Part shown: one piece after another, positions 29,901-39,194 of the stretch
Position numbering within the stretch: position 1 is the first letter of the stretch
Layout of the letters: every line of letters starts with the position of its first letter
Source: Candidatus Magasanikiibacteriota bacterium
GTDB lineage: Bacteria; Patescibacteriota; Patescibacteriia; Magasanikbacterales; 2-02-FULL-50-9b
Reading direction: 5' to 3'
DNA length: 64,000 bases
Assembly (NCBI GenBank): GCA_943355025.1
Contig: CALRDW010000005.1
Span: 244-64,243 of the forward strand
Notes under the pieces: generated by a model
What the model was told of the DNA's origin: nothing
Seen by the model: only the letters and a program-made list of their open reading frames with translations
Databases searched by the model: none
Position numbers and translations under genes: made by a program

Positions 29901-29994
29901 TGATCTTGAAAAATTGATTGTGCGTGCGCACAGCCGCGCGCACTTCGCTGATTCGTTGATTACGCGTACAAAAAATATCGCTCTAGCGGAATAG
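26929..29994 (+). CDS. Large secreted protein: FN3 domains, Pro/Thr linker, Cys-rich repeats, helical C-terminus
   Basis: Signal peptide ending AHA; FN3 motifs LKWNDNSSDEAGFYV, YDYRVSAYN, DTTSPSVP, W..STDNVGVTGY, AYDAAGN. Confidence 0.88.
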   Translation: MFKGTSLRRISPIFLGVLFAAAFFVESAHAQTTSTTPSVTIPAAPSELTGSIFNNVSGPNVSLHVTDNANNETEYRLYWHLIGAAWPSTFQSTSAIGTSGTWGFPANSGGFQLATPPQSGTYEYQVKACNSAGCSDSNIVQIAITAKPAAPSNLNFDPAPLTDRIYLKWNDNSSDEAGFYVDRKFITDTNYAGSLHWATLPANTTMFTDMNVVPGQRYDYRVSAYNSTGTSDAVYRSNVMTTPATPADTTSPSVPASVYVTLIPNSSSVNLYWSPSTDNVGVTGYKVYQNGIFLLDVPSTLTPSVGNLSSGQYYSVAAYDAAGNVSNVSPSVSGTTPSSNPTSPTSTPVITAPIPFVNTTSTPTTSAPVIPTPTPPPTMSYGSWPSTQTDCQSFSGRWCSTIGSSYSGGSGGYCQMANMTCPVMPRSGYMSCWDKSEVPNGGNCPVMPQNQTDCTKMGKNWCSSTYGGPNNGWCSPDICQMMTPPGQMTCPDGKTFVTSFDNCPRTNVTTPLPVIPNPEFTTCPTGKVVRKGDPCPAPDATVTCANGTTAPTITACPPIEVKQDEITKCLNTGNVWCPDTKGQTTGWCQMSRGPCVKPLMGPPLPEPAVQYRPLTAREIRDMERTRKNFIQELGQMQSAAKRAKEDALLTKITAERKSIETVKLLDSSAFDIMSSFGDDMTDLRDATSQIDTGGGSGLDEKQEAKALKQMKQGAKSFVRTLTAKKSQIDKLVKQGVSVDSDIIDLVTQALEIANKVGAATTYDDVRSLMEQIPNLAEQLNDAFQKLEMLSRLPRALAIIDREIVNTNRVVKQAQTQALRRGIQENDLVQKMSQTLTDARTGADSVRSGKVAADDVFDFIQSDILDKLQDARDTASGVIAVANAQATVGKIKVQIAQYTKRIRTLNKAGQDTSAASSLVADLSTQNSSLQNLTSAKLTSDTAEKIVEALDAIHQTVQDLESALGLAKPNAVIDELRQSLNHGGQSFDEIRVNDLEKLIVRAHSRAHFADSLITRTKNIALAE

Positions 29995-30045
29995 CCACAC
30001 TCGTGATTTGCTCGGTTTGGATACAGTTGGGCCATAAAAAGTTAA

Positions 30046-30066
30046 GCCCCGCACGGGGCTTTTCTT
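30046..30066 (+). terminator. Intrinsic terminator
   Basis: gcccc-gcac-ggggc followed by ttttctt. Confidence 0.7.
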
Positions 30067-30143
30067 AATTATAAAAAAACCTCACTCGCACACATCAAAT
30101 CCTTTTGGGAATTCAACGTGTGCGAATGAGGACACTATGTTCA

Positions 30144-30731
30144 TCAAGGGGCCGCAACAATTTGGTCGCGCTGGTCTCTTTTGGTGAACGCATTGATAAC
30201 GAGCCCGATGCCAAGGACAAGAAGCGCCAACGTGACGACGAGCAAAATGCCGCCCACAATCACAATTTCGCCGCCCATACCGTCACCACAGTAGCCGTAG
30301 CCAGACATCCCGGAGCCGCAATCCATCGAATCGCTCTTCATCCCAGTGCATGTTTGTGCACAGAGAAGCGATCCGAATAAAAATGCTGATCCAGTGCCGA
30401 AGCTACAAACCCGCCGGAGCAGATTTCCGAGAACACTTCCGCATCTCTTCATCCGTGAGCCCCAATTCGATCGACTGATCGAATTTTTTCGAAGCGCGTA
30501 AGCCACAAGTGTGCATGCATTAAATGCAGCAGACAGGCTGCCGTACACGATCAAAGGGTGATCTCGGAATTCAAACATGAGAAGTTGACCGCTCACGATC
30601 ATCAAGGTGAACCCGCCAAAGTACAAGGTGCTGAGCGTTGCGATATCACCGCGATAAACGCTCCGCACCGTGTAGGCTATGACGACGAGCACCAAAACGA
30701 TACCAAAGATAGTGAAAATGATTGGGAACAT
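30144..30731 (-). CDS. Hypothetical multi-pass membrane protein
   Basis: Several TM segments, AGGAG SD before ATG at 30731, long terminator hairpin at about 30073-30132. Confidence 0.6.
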   Translation of the reverse strand: MFPIIFTIFGIVLVLVVIAYTVRSVYRGDIATLSTLYFGGFTLMIVSGQLLMFEFRDHPLIVYGSLSAAFNACTLVAYALRKNSISRSNWGSRMKRCGSVLGNLLRRVCSFGTGSAFLFGSLLCAQTCTGMKSDSMDCGSGMSGYGYCGDGMGGEIVIVGGILLVVTLALLVLGIGLVINAFTKRDQRDQIVAAP

Positions 30732-30871
30732 GGACAACTCCTAATTATTTAGTTGTTAAAGACTCATTTAATTCAGTCGTCGACTTTTAGCTTTTTTGCT
30801 TAAAATCGAACAAATTAATATAACATAAAAATGGGGTTTTGTCAACCCCCTCACCCTAATTTCCTTTTATT

Positions 30872-32089
30872 TTAGCCTTTAATCGCCTCAAACCGCGCGA
30901 TTGTTTCAATATGCGGCGTGTGTGGGAACATGTCGACAGCTTCGAGTGCCACCAATGTGTAAACTTTTTGCAATTCGAGCATTTCGCGCGCGAGTTGTTC
31001 GTAGTTGCAGGAGACGTAAATGAGTTCCGGAATGCGCTGGGCGCAGAGCCATTCTACAACTTTCGGATGCAGACCCATGCGCGGAGGATCAACAACAATC
31101 GAGTCGGGCGCAAAATCTTTGACTATCGCCGGCCCGTCGCCACGCACCCACTCTTCCATCGACGCTGCCGCAAATTCAGCCTCGACATTATTTAATTTTG
31201 CATTTTCGCGTGCGAGTTCAATCGCCGCGCTATCCAGCTCAACACCAAACGCTTTTTTGCCGTGTGCGGCAAAGTCAATCGTAAAAAATCCGAGACCGCA
31301 GTACAAATCAAGCACACGCGAACCATGCACATGCGCGCGCACGCGTTGTTGCAAAATTTCTGCACCTTCGGAATTTGTTTGAAAAAACGATGACGGAAAA
31401 ATTTTGTATGTGTAGTCATTAATTTTTTCAGTCAAAAATTCTGGGCCCATCAATAATGTCATCTCGCTGGGAATTGAAATGTCCGTTATTGTTGGATTCA
31501 CACCATGATATAAAGTCGTGCATGATGATTTTAATCTGCGCACGAGCTCGGGCCATATTTCCGCCGACGTTTCACCCATTGTGTCTTCGGCCGTCACAAT
31601 CATAATCATCCGCTCCCCTGTTCGCTTGCCCTCGCGAATTACCACATAGCGCACGAACCCGTGGTAGCGCACATTGTTCCAGCCCTTCAAATTAAACGCG
31701 GCCATCCAATCGCGCACAAGCTGCAAAATTTCCGGCGTCTCTTTTGAGAGTAAAAAGCATTCTTTTAAATCGAGCACATCGCGCCATTTGCCAAAGGGCT
31801 TCAAGCCAATTTCATCGTTCTCACCAACTGGATAGTCCATGCGATTACGATAAAACCACTGTGACGGCGACGATGTAATTGCGTCTTTTTCAAGCCGCGC
31901 CTCCAAACCATTTTTCTCGAACGCACGATTTACGAGTTGGCGCTTAAGTTCAACCTGATCCTTATACTCGATATTTTGCATAAGGCAGCCGCCACATTCG
32001 CCAAAATACCGGCATCGCGCCTTAATGTGGCGCATGCCCTCTGATAATTCCTCGATGACCGATAGTTTTTCGCGCTTCCCTTTTTTCAT
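30872..32089 (-). CDS. rlmD: 23S rRNA (uracil-5)-methyltransferase RlmD/TrmA family
   Basis: CRYFGECGGC Fe-S motif, SFFQTN, LDLYCGLG, VDPPRMG, YVSCN, DMFPHTPHIE. Confidence 0.92.
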   Translation of the reverse strand: MKKGKREKLSVIEELSEGMRHIKARCRYFGECGGCLMQNIEYKDQVELKRQLVNRAFEKNGLEARLEKDAITSSPSQWFYRNRMDYPVGENDEIGLKPFGKWRDVLDLKECFLLSKETPEILQLVRDWMAAFNLKGWNNVRYHGFVRYVVIREGKRTGERMIMIVTAEDTMGETSAEIWPELVRRLKSSCTTLYHGVNPTITDISIPSEMTLLMGPEFLTEKINDYTYKIFPSSFFQTNSEGAEILQQRVRAHVHGSRVLDLYCGLGFFTIDFAAHGKKAFGVELDSAAIELARENAKLNNVEAEFAAASMEEWVRGDGPAIVKDFAPDSIVVDPPRMGLHPKVVEWLCAQRIPELIYVSCNYEQLAREMLELQKVYTLVALEAVDMFPHTPHIETIARFEAIKG

Positions 32090-32179
32090 GCGTGTAGCGT
32101 ATCAGACGTGCTTCATATTGACAAACCCCTGATTGTGCCATACAGTGGTCAAATAATATCAAGAATACAGGAGTCAACG

Positions 32180-32512
32180 ATGGCAGGTTTGAAAGGTCGT
32201 GTAAAAATGTGGACACGGCTCCGCCGAAATGTGAGCTGCTCAAAGGATAAACTGATGGGCTCCCCAAAATTCAGACCAAACCCACGACCTGTTCTCGGCG
32301 AATGGGCGTGTGCATTCTGCGGATTTCAAGCGCTCAAAGTCCGATTCAGAAAACGAGTTGAAATTAAAGAAAAGCAAGAAATCATTCTCGTGTGTCCAGA
32401 GTGTGGAACACAAGAAGACATTTTTCCTACGGACGACGAGGGTTGGCCAGGTCAAAAACACGGCGAGGACGAACATGCTGAAGATCTGGAGATTAATGAG
32501 GAAAACTGGTGA
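32180..32512 (+). CDS. Zinc-ribbon protein (basic N-terminus, CxxCG..CxxCG, acidic tail)
   Basis: AGGAG SD, CAFCG and CPECG, terminator downstream. Confidence 0.65.
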   Translation: MAGLKGRVKMWTRLRRNVSCSKDKLMGSPKFRPNPRPVLGEWACAFCGFQALKVRFRKRVEIKEKQEIILVCPECGTQEDIFPTDDEGWPGQKHGEDEHAEDLEINEENW

Positions 32513-32636
32513 ATCAATTCGCGTGTGCGAGCACTTAGCAGACTCTTTTCTGCGTGGCGCTCGCTTTTTTATTGACAATTTGAGCAGAACACGGCACTAT
32601 AAGCGCCGAACTACAATCGCCAAGGAGGGCTTTCAG

Positions 32637-33614
32637 ATGAAACTTCGTGGAATCGAATTTGGGCATGTGCTCGACGCGTCAGGTGCGCGGAACTTTGACG
32701 GAAGTGGCTGGTGGTATCATCGGCTCGGTAAACTGGTTGGCCTCAGCTTTGATGGCTCAACGTTCGTTGCAAAAACAACAACAGCCTATGCAAATCCGGG
32801 CAACATGGCCCTGAAGAGCGACGGTATGACACCAAAAAGTTTCATGCCAGACTGCATCTGGATGGATAGCGACCAAGGAATCGCGCTGAACGCCGTTGGC
32901 CTTTCGGGTTTCGGTGCTGAGCATCTGTTCGAAAACGCGGGTTGGGAAAAACGAACGGAACCTTTTTTTCTGTCGTTTATGGCACTGCTGGGAATTACTG
33001 GGTCAACGCCGAACCAACAAACGTATGAGTTTTCCGAATTGGTTCGCCGATATGTCCCGAACTTTCGCGCGCCGATCGGTATTCAGCTCAACGTATCGTG
33101 TCCAAATGTTGGCGCGCTTATGGTGCCGGAAGTGCGTGCGATCAATAATGTACATGAACAACTCGATATTTTGGCATGCACGGGCGTTCCGCTCATGCTC
33201 AAAATTTCAGTCACTACCCCAATTCGCGTCGTCTTACGGATGGCAGCACACGCTGCATGCGACGCAATTTGTGTCTCCAACACTGTGCCATTTGGTGCAT
33301 TGTCCGAAAAAATCAACTGGATTCGTTTGTTCGGAACTGTTGATCCAAAACACTCGCCGCTTGCAAAATATGGTGGTGGTGGACTCTCAGGAGCCCCACT
33401 TCTCGCGCTTACAGAAGCGTGGGTGCGCGACGCGCGTGCGGCACAGTTTCAAAAAGCGATTAACGCTGGCGGAGGCATTTTGTGTCCTGCTGACGCAGAT
33501 CGTTTGATTGATGCGGGTGCGGATAGTGTATTTCTTGGTTCGATCGCGTTCCTTCGGCCGTGGCAAGTTGCCCGAACGATCCGGCACGCCAATAAACGGT
33601 TCAAAAACCGATAG
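32637..33614 (+). CDS. pyrD: Dihydroorotate dehydrogenase (family 1-like)
   Basis: AKTTT...GN, LNAVGLS, LNVSCPNV, LKIS, VSNT, GGLSG, AGGGI; adjacent to pyrC. Confidence 0.88.
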   Translation: MKLRGIEFGHVLDASGARNFDGSGWWYHRLGKLVGLSFDGSTFVAKTTTAYANPGNMALKSDGMTPKSFMPDCIWMDSDQGIALNAVGLSGFGAEHLFENAGWEKRTEPFFLSFMALLGITGSTPNQQTYEFSELVRRYVPNFRAPIGIQLNVSCPNVGALMVPEVRAINNVHEQLDILACTGVPLMLKISVTTPIRVVLRMAAHAACDAICVSNTVPFGALSEKINWIRLFGTVDPKHSPLAKYGGGGLSGAPLLALTEAWVRDARAAQFQKAINAGGGILCPADADRLIDAGADSVFLGSIAFLRPWQVARTIRHANKRFKNR

Positions 33615-33624
33615 GAGACAAGAG

Positions 33625-34668
33625 ATGGAAAGACTGCTCATCCGTCGGCCGTGGGACATGCATGTTCACTTCCGACAAGGCGAGGTGCTCGACGGCCTCG
33701 TGCGCGAAACTGCGCGTTACTGTGCAGGAGCACTCGTGATGCCCAATACGTCGCCGCCAATTCTTACGTATGAGGATGCGCTTGAATATGAATTCCGCAT
33801 AAAAAATGTTGCGAATCGTGCGGGGTATCAACACTTCAAGCCACTTATGGCGCTCAAGCTCGCACAAAACACGAGCGAGCAAACAATTTGGCGTGCAGCG
33901 AGCTCGATAAACTCGATCGTCAAAGCAGTCAAGTTGTATCCGCGAGGTGTGACCACAAATACATCCGATGGAGTGAGCGCTCCGCTTGAGAAAAACTTGC
34001 AAAAAGTTTACGCGGCAATGCAGGAGGTTGGCATGGTGCTTTCCATACATTGCGAAGATCCGAATGCGGACGTGTTCGCAGCAGAAGAACAGTACTTGCC
34101 CGTGGTCGGCTTGCTGACACATTTGTTTCCAGATTTACGAATAGTGCTCGAGCATGTCAGTACGCGTGCCGCAGTTGAGTTTGTTCAGCAATCAGGCCCG
34201 AATGTTGCTGCAACAATAACTGCGCATCACATGCGGTTCAATCGAAATCATCTGCTCAAAGATGGTTTGCGTCCGCATCTATATTGCAAACCGATCCTTA
34301 AAACCGAAAACGATCGACAGGCTGTACATGCAGCCGCGGTTTCTGGAAATCCCACGTTCTTTCTCGGTTCAGACAGCGCGCCGCATCCAAAAAATGCGAA
34401 AGAGACTTCATGCTGTGCTGCCGGCGTATTCACAGCGCCGATTCTCATACCGCTGCTCGCAGAATCTTTTGAAGATGCGCGAATGTTGGACCGGCTTGAA
34501 GGATTTGCGTCGATATACGGACCCCAATTCTACGGAATTGTTCCGCGGCAAAGTGCAGCGCTCCTAACGCTCGTGCGCGAGACAGAACAAATTCCGCATC
34601 CGCGAAGCAGCGAAGCAGCGGTTCTCCCGCTTGCTGGTGAATCGCTTCGGTGGAGAATTCAGTACTGA
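33625..34668 (+). CDS. pyrC: Dihydroorotase, homodimeric E. coli-type
   Basis: DMHVHFRQG, MPNT, VKLYPRGVTTN, LEHVST, TITAHH, YCKPILK, FLGSDSAPH. Confidence 0.95.
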   Translation: MERLLIRRPWDMHVHFRQGEVLDGLVRETARYCAGALVMPNTSPPILTYEDALEYEFRIKNVANRAGYQHFKPLMALKLAQNTSEQTIWRAASSINSIVKAVKLYPRGVTTNTSDGVSAPLEKNLQKVYAAMQEVGMVLSIHCEDPNADVFAAEEQYLPVVGLLTHLFPDLRIVLEHVSTRAAVEFVQQSGPNVAATITAHHMRFNRNHLLKDGLRPHLYCKPILKTENDRQAVHAAAVSGNPTFFLGSDSAPHPKNAKETSCCAAGVFTAPILIPLLAESFEDARMLDRLEGFASIYGPQFYGIVPRQSAALLTLVRETEQIPHPRSSEAAVLPLAGESLRWRIQY

Positions 34669-34729
34669 AAGAAAGTTTTGATGGTGATGATTGGTTAGTG
34701 CGTTAAGCACAACCTCTCGTCACCGTTTT

Positions 34730-37276
34730 TTATTTTTGATCTTTTTCAAGAACTTTTTTTAAATATTTTCCCGTCAAACTATTTTTATTATTCGCGACGT
34801 CCTCTGGTGTTCCATTTGCAACAAGCGCACCCCCTTCGTCTCCCCCACCCGGACCTAAATCAATAATCCAATCTGCGGATTTAATTATATCGAGATTGTG
34901 TTCGATGACAAGTGCTGTATTACCGCGGTCAACAATTTTTTGAATGACCTCGAGAAGTTTTTGAATATCGGCAAAATGCAAACCGGTTGTTGGCTCATCA
35001 AGAATATAAAGTGTTCGGCCCTGCGTACGCTTTGAAAGCTCGGCCGCAAGTTTAACGCGCTGCGACTCACCACCAGAAAGTGTTGGGGCGGACTGACCAA
35101 GTTCCAAATACTCAAGACCGACTTGATTTAGCATTTTAAGTTTGTCGTTGATTTGTGGAATATCCTCGAAAAATTTTTCCGCTTCTTCAATCGTCATCTT
35201 CAGAATTTGTGATATATTTTTTTCCTTATACGTAACTTCGAGCGTCTCGCGATCAAATCGCGCGCCTTTACACACTTCACACGGAACCCACACGGTCGGC
35301 AAAAAATGCATTTCAATCGCAACTTCGCCATGTCCTTCGCAGTGTTCGCAGCGACCACCGGCAACATTAAAACTAAACCGACTCGGACGATAACCACGCG
35401 CTTTTGCTTCGGGGGTTGTTGAAAATAATTCACGAATTGGCGACCACGCACCCGTGTATGTCGCTGGATTGCTGCGCGATGTTCGACCAATTGCTGATTG
35501 ATCGACCATGATTACGCGCTCAACATATTCAAGTCCTTTGATATCTTTATGTTTGCCCGGCAACGATCCCGCATTATTAAGTCGCCGATGCACTGCTTTA
35601 AATAGAATATCGTGGACGAGCGTTGATTTGCCGCTGCCCGAAACACCTGTCACACAAACAAAACGACGAAGCGGAATTTCAACATCGATATTCCGCAAAT
35701 TATTTTGTGATGCGCCAATTACTCGAAGTGTATCATGAACTTTTGCGCGTCTCTTTTTAGGGAGTTCGATTTTTTTCTCGCCCGTCATGTACTGCACGGT
35801 CAAAGATTTTGATTTTTTTTCTTTCAACAATTTTTGTACATCGCCCTGTGCAACAATATGCCCACCATGAACGCCCGCGCCAGGCCCGAACTCAACTAAA
35901 TAATCCGCTGCACGAATCGTATCCTCGTCATGTTCAACAACAATTATTGTATTCCCAATATCACGCAGATCAATTAATGTTTTTATAAGTTTTTCATTGT
36001 CTGCTTGATGGAGACCAATTGTTGGTTCGTCAAGAACATACAATGCGCCAACGAGTTTTGATCCGATTTGTGAAGCAAGACGAATGCGCTGTGCTTCGCC
36101 GCCAGACAAAGATCCAGCAAGACGGCCGAGTGTTAAATAGTGAAGACCGACATTCAATAAAAATTGCAGACGCGATAAAATTTCGCGCATCGCAGGCTCT
36201 GCGATTTCATGTCGCAACTCATCAAGCTCATTAAAATACCAATTGTCCATGAACTTTTGTGCATCGCGAATTGTCCGAGATGTTAGTTCGACGATACTTG
36301 CGCCGCCAATTTTAACTGAGAGTGCTTCTGGTCTGAGTCGTTTTCCTGCGCATGCTGCACACGGTTTTTCAGAAAATAAAGATTCGGTTCCGATACCAGT
36401 ACATGTCTGGCAATATCCGTAAGGTGAATTAAAACTAAAGAGACGCGGCTCAACTTCGGGAAAGGAAAACCCATCACGTGGACAAGCGAATGTTGTTGAA
36501 AATAATTTTTCTGTTTTATCTGGAAACAAGACGGTGATAAGGCCCGCGCTTTTTTGCAGTGCTGTTTCAATCGCTTCAGACAATCGCTGTCGCTCCGCTT
36601 TTTGCAGATCCTCATCTTTTGATTGTGTGAGTCCTAATACTGGAATTGTGTCGACAACAACTTCGATTGTGTGTTGTTCATACCGACCAAGATTTATTCT
36701 TTTTTTAAGTGAACTAAAAACTCCATCGACACGTACTTCCATAAATCCCGCGTTGTACAAATCGTAGAGCAATTGATAGTACTCGCCTTTGCGTCCGCGA
36801 ACAACGGGCGCGATGACTTTGATTTCTCCTTTCTGAATTTTTCCTAATCCGTTCAAAATTAAATTAATAATTTGCTCAGCGCTCAAACGCTGAATTGGGT
36901 CCCCACATAAAATACAGTGAGGAGTTCCGACGCGCGCAAATAAAACGCGCAAATAATCATAAATCTCCGTAATTGTTGCAACAGTCGATCGCGGATTTGC
37001 GCTGTGTGCTTTTTGATCAATTGCAATTGCAGGTGACAAGCCCTCAATCTCATCAACGTCTGGCTTCTGCATGCCGCCAAGAAATTGACGCGCATACGCG
37101 GAAAGTGACTCAATATATCGACGCTGACCTTCAGCAAAAATTGTATCGAACGCAAGTGATGATTTACCTGAACCCGAAAGCCCCGTAAACACAATCATTT
37201 TATTGCGCGGCAAATCAAGCGAAATATTCTTAAGATTATGTTCGCGAGCACCACGAATTTTGATGAATTCTTGCAT
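34730..37276 (-). CDS. uvrA: Excinuclease ABC subunit A
   Basis: [50 protein letters not shown]. Confidence 0.97.
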   Translation of the reverse strand: MQEFIKIRGAREHNLKNISLDLPRNKMIVFTGLSGSGKSSLAFDTIFAEGQRRYIESLSAYARQFLGGMQKPDVDEIEGLSPAIAIDQKAHSANPRSTVATITEIYDYLRVLFARVGTPHCILCGDPIQRLSAEQIINLILNGLGKIQKGEIKVIAPVVRGRKGEYYQLLYDLYNAGFMEVRVDGVFSSLKKRINLGRYEQHTIEVVVDTIPVLGLTQSKDEDLQKAERQRLSEAIETALQKSAGLITVLFPDKTEKLFSTTFACPRDGFSFPEVEPRLFSFNSPYGYCQTCTGIGTESLFSEKPCAACAGKRLRPEALSVKIGGASIVELTSRTIRDAQKFMDNWYFNELDELRHEIAEPAMREILSRLQFLLNVGLHYLTLGRLAGSLSGGEAQRIRLASQIGSKLVGALYVLDEPTIGLHQADNEKLIKTLIDLRDIGNTIIVVEHDEDTIRAADYLVEFGPGAGVHGGHIVAQGDVQKLLKEKKSKSLTVQYMTGEKKIELPKKRRAKVHDTLRVIGASQNNLRNIDVEIPLRRFVCVTGVSGSGKSTLVHDILFKAVHRRLNNAGSLPGKHKDIKGLEYVERVIMVDQSAIGRTSRSNPATYTGAWSPIRELFSTTPEAKARGYRPSRFSFNVAGGRCEHCEGHGEVAIEMHFLPTVWVPCEVCKGARFDRETLEVTYKEKNISQILKMTIEEAEKFFEDIPQINDKLKMLNQVGLEYLELGQSAPTLSGGESQRVKLAAELSKRTQGRTLYILDEPTTGLHFADIQKLLEVIQKIVDRGNTALVIEHNLDIIKSADWIIDLGPGGGDEGGALVANGTPEDVANNKNSLTGKYLKKVLEKDQK

Positions 37277-37375
37277 AGTAAGCGTAAAAAACAGCCCGAA
37301 ATTGGGCGTCACTATAGTGTAGCTGATAGCAGACATCAGTACAAGTGCGATATACTGGGCAAGCACTCCAATTTT

Positions 37376-38557
37376 ATGACAACCGAAAAACAAAATAAAT
37401 ACAAAAAGAATATTACACTCGTTGGTCTCGCCAGTTTTTTTGGCGGCATCAGTCAAGACATGGTGGTGCCAATTATTCCTGTTTATTTGGCGAGTGTTCT
37501 CGGCATGCCAAAAACAATGATCGGTCTCAGTGAGGGCGTGCTTATGGCCGGCGCGAGCGCATTTAAAATTATTGCTGGTTGGTTATCTGATAAATATCGC
37601 ACACAAAAACCGTTCATTATTTTTGGATATGCAACGTCAATGCTTTCGCGCGCGCTTCTTGCCGCATTCGCATCGTTCGGCGCGGTAAGTGCACTCCGTT
37701 TTTTGGATGGTGTTGGTAAAGGAACAAAGGACGCGCCAAAGTCAGCTCTTCTTGCAAATTCAACGGAACAAAAAACGCGCGGAAAATCATTTGGCATCAC
37801 GCGTGCGCTCGACACGCTTGGTTCTGTAGTTGGTCCCGTACTTCTGTACATCGGACTCAGATTTTTTGGAACAGGCGCGAGCGGATATAAAACAATTTTT
37901 CTCCTCGCAGCAATCCCTGTTTTTATAACAATAATTATTTTTGCTTTTTTTATTTCAGAGCCACCGGTTGCTGAAAAAAAACAAACAACTGTTGTAGCGC
38001 CGCTGCCACGAGCGTTTTATATTTTTATTGCGATCGTCGGAATTTTTACGCTAGGAAATTCTAGTGACGCCTTTTTACTTTTACGGACGCAAGAGCTTGG
38101 TGTACAAGTCCTCATGATCCCGCTCGTATACGCGCTATTTAATTTTATTTATGCATCTGCTTCGATCCCGCTTGGCAGTCTCTCCGATAAAATCGGACGC
38201 ATTAATGTAATCCTTCTTGGCTGGATCGCTTATGCGATTGCATATCTTGGTTTCGCGAACGCAACGCACAGTTGGCATGCGTGGGTGCTCTTTGGTTTTT
38301 ATGGATTGTACTATGCAACAACTGAGGGCGTTGCAAAAGCATTTGTTGCGGATCTCGTCCCCCAGGACCGGAGAGGCACTGCTTATGGTATTTACAATAC
38401 GTCGATAGGTCTTCTTGCCCTGCCTGCAAGTTTTATTGCAGGTCTCGCGTGGGACCATATCGGAGTTTCCGCACCATTTTATATTGGCGCTTCAACTGCG
38501 TGTGTTGCAGCCACTGCACTTCTTTTATTCCAACCTAAATCGAAGGGCCTTTTTTAA
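37376..38557 (+). CDS. MFS transporter
   Basis: About 12 TM segments, GWLSDKY and GSLSDKIGR motif A. Confidence 0.92.
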   Translation: MTTEKQNKYKKNITLVGLASFFGGISQDMVVPIIPVYLASVLGMPKTMIGLSEGVLMAGASAFKIIAGWLSDKYRTQKPFIIFGYATSMLSRALLAAFASFGAVSALRFLDGVGKGTKDAPKSALLANSTEQKTRGKSFGITRALDTLGSVVGPVLLYIGLRFFGTGASGYKTIFLLAAIPVFITIIIFAFFISEPPVAEKKQTTVVAPLPRAFYIFIAIVGIFTLGNSSDAFLLLRTQELGVQVLMIPLVYALFNFIYASASIPLGSLSDKIGRINVILLGWIAYAIAYLGFANATHSWHAWVLFGFYGLYYATTEGVAKAFVADLVPQDRRGTAYGIYNTSIGLLALPASFIAGLAWDHIGVSAPFYIGASTACVAATALLLFQPKSKGLF

Positions 38558-39194
38558 TAAGTGTAATTCCGCGCACATCAAAATACGCAAATGGTGAGGC
38601 AAGTAGATCACGAATCCAATCATAGACGACTGACGCATACCATCGTTTATCCGCAACAACACCGGTAGCATTAACACCAAGTTCGTTGCACAAATAAAGT
38701 GCGCGCGGCAAATGAAACCGTTGAGAAATCAAAATGACATCGTGAAAATTTTGTCGTTTTAAATTTGCACAACTATCATACGTGCGATATGCCGCATCAT
38801 CAATAAAAATAATTTCGTCAGGAACTTTATTTGCATGTAAATAATCGAGCATGCCTTGTCGCTCATTTGTACTATACTGTCCATCGTCGCCCGTGATAAC
38901 TACACCCATTACTTTTCTTAAACGCAGCAGTTCAATCGCTGTATCAAGTCGATCCTTAAGCGCAATACTCGGAACATTTGTTTTTGGATCAACAGAGGCA
39001 CCGAGCACAACTGCATAAATCGTTTGTGGCGCGTGATCAATATCAAAAATCCGATCAGCATATTTAAATCGAACCTGCGCACCAAGAATAAACGCGAGCA
39101 CACCGCAGCCAAGAATAGCGGCAATTACAAAAAGCACTGCGGCGCGTACCACCGGAGATTTTTCTTTGAATCGATCAATATGCTTTCGCATCAT
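38535..39194 (-). CDS. SanA/YdcF (DUF218) family protein
   Basis: VVLGASV, LKDRLDTA, RTYDSC, SQRFHLPRALY. Confidence 0.9.
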   Translation of the reverse strand: MMRKHIDRFKEKSPVVRAAVLFVIAAILGCGVLAFILGAQVRFKYADRIFDIDHAPQTIYAVVLGASVDPKTNVPSIALKDRLDTAIELLRLRKVMGVVITGDDGQYSTNERQGMLDYLHANKVPDEIIFIDDAAYRTYDSCANLKRQNFHDVILISQRFHLPRALYLCNELGVNATGVVADKRWYASVVYDWIRDLLASPFAYFDVRGITLIKKGPSI

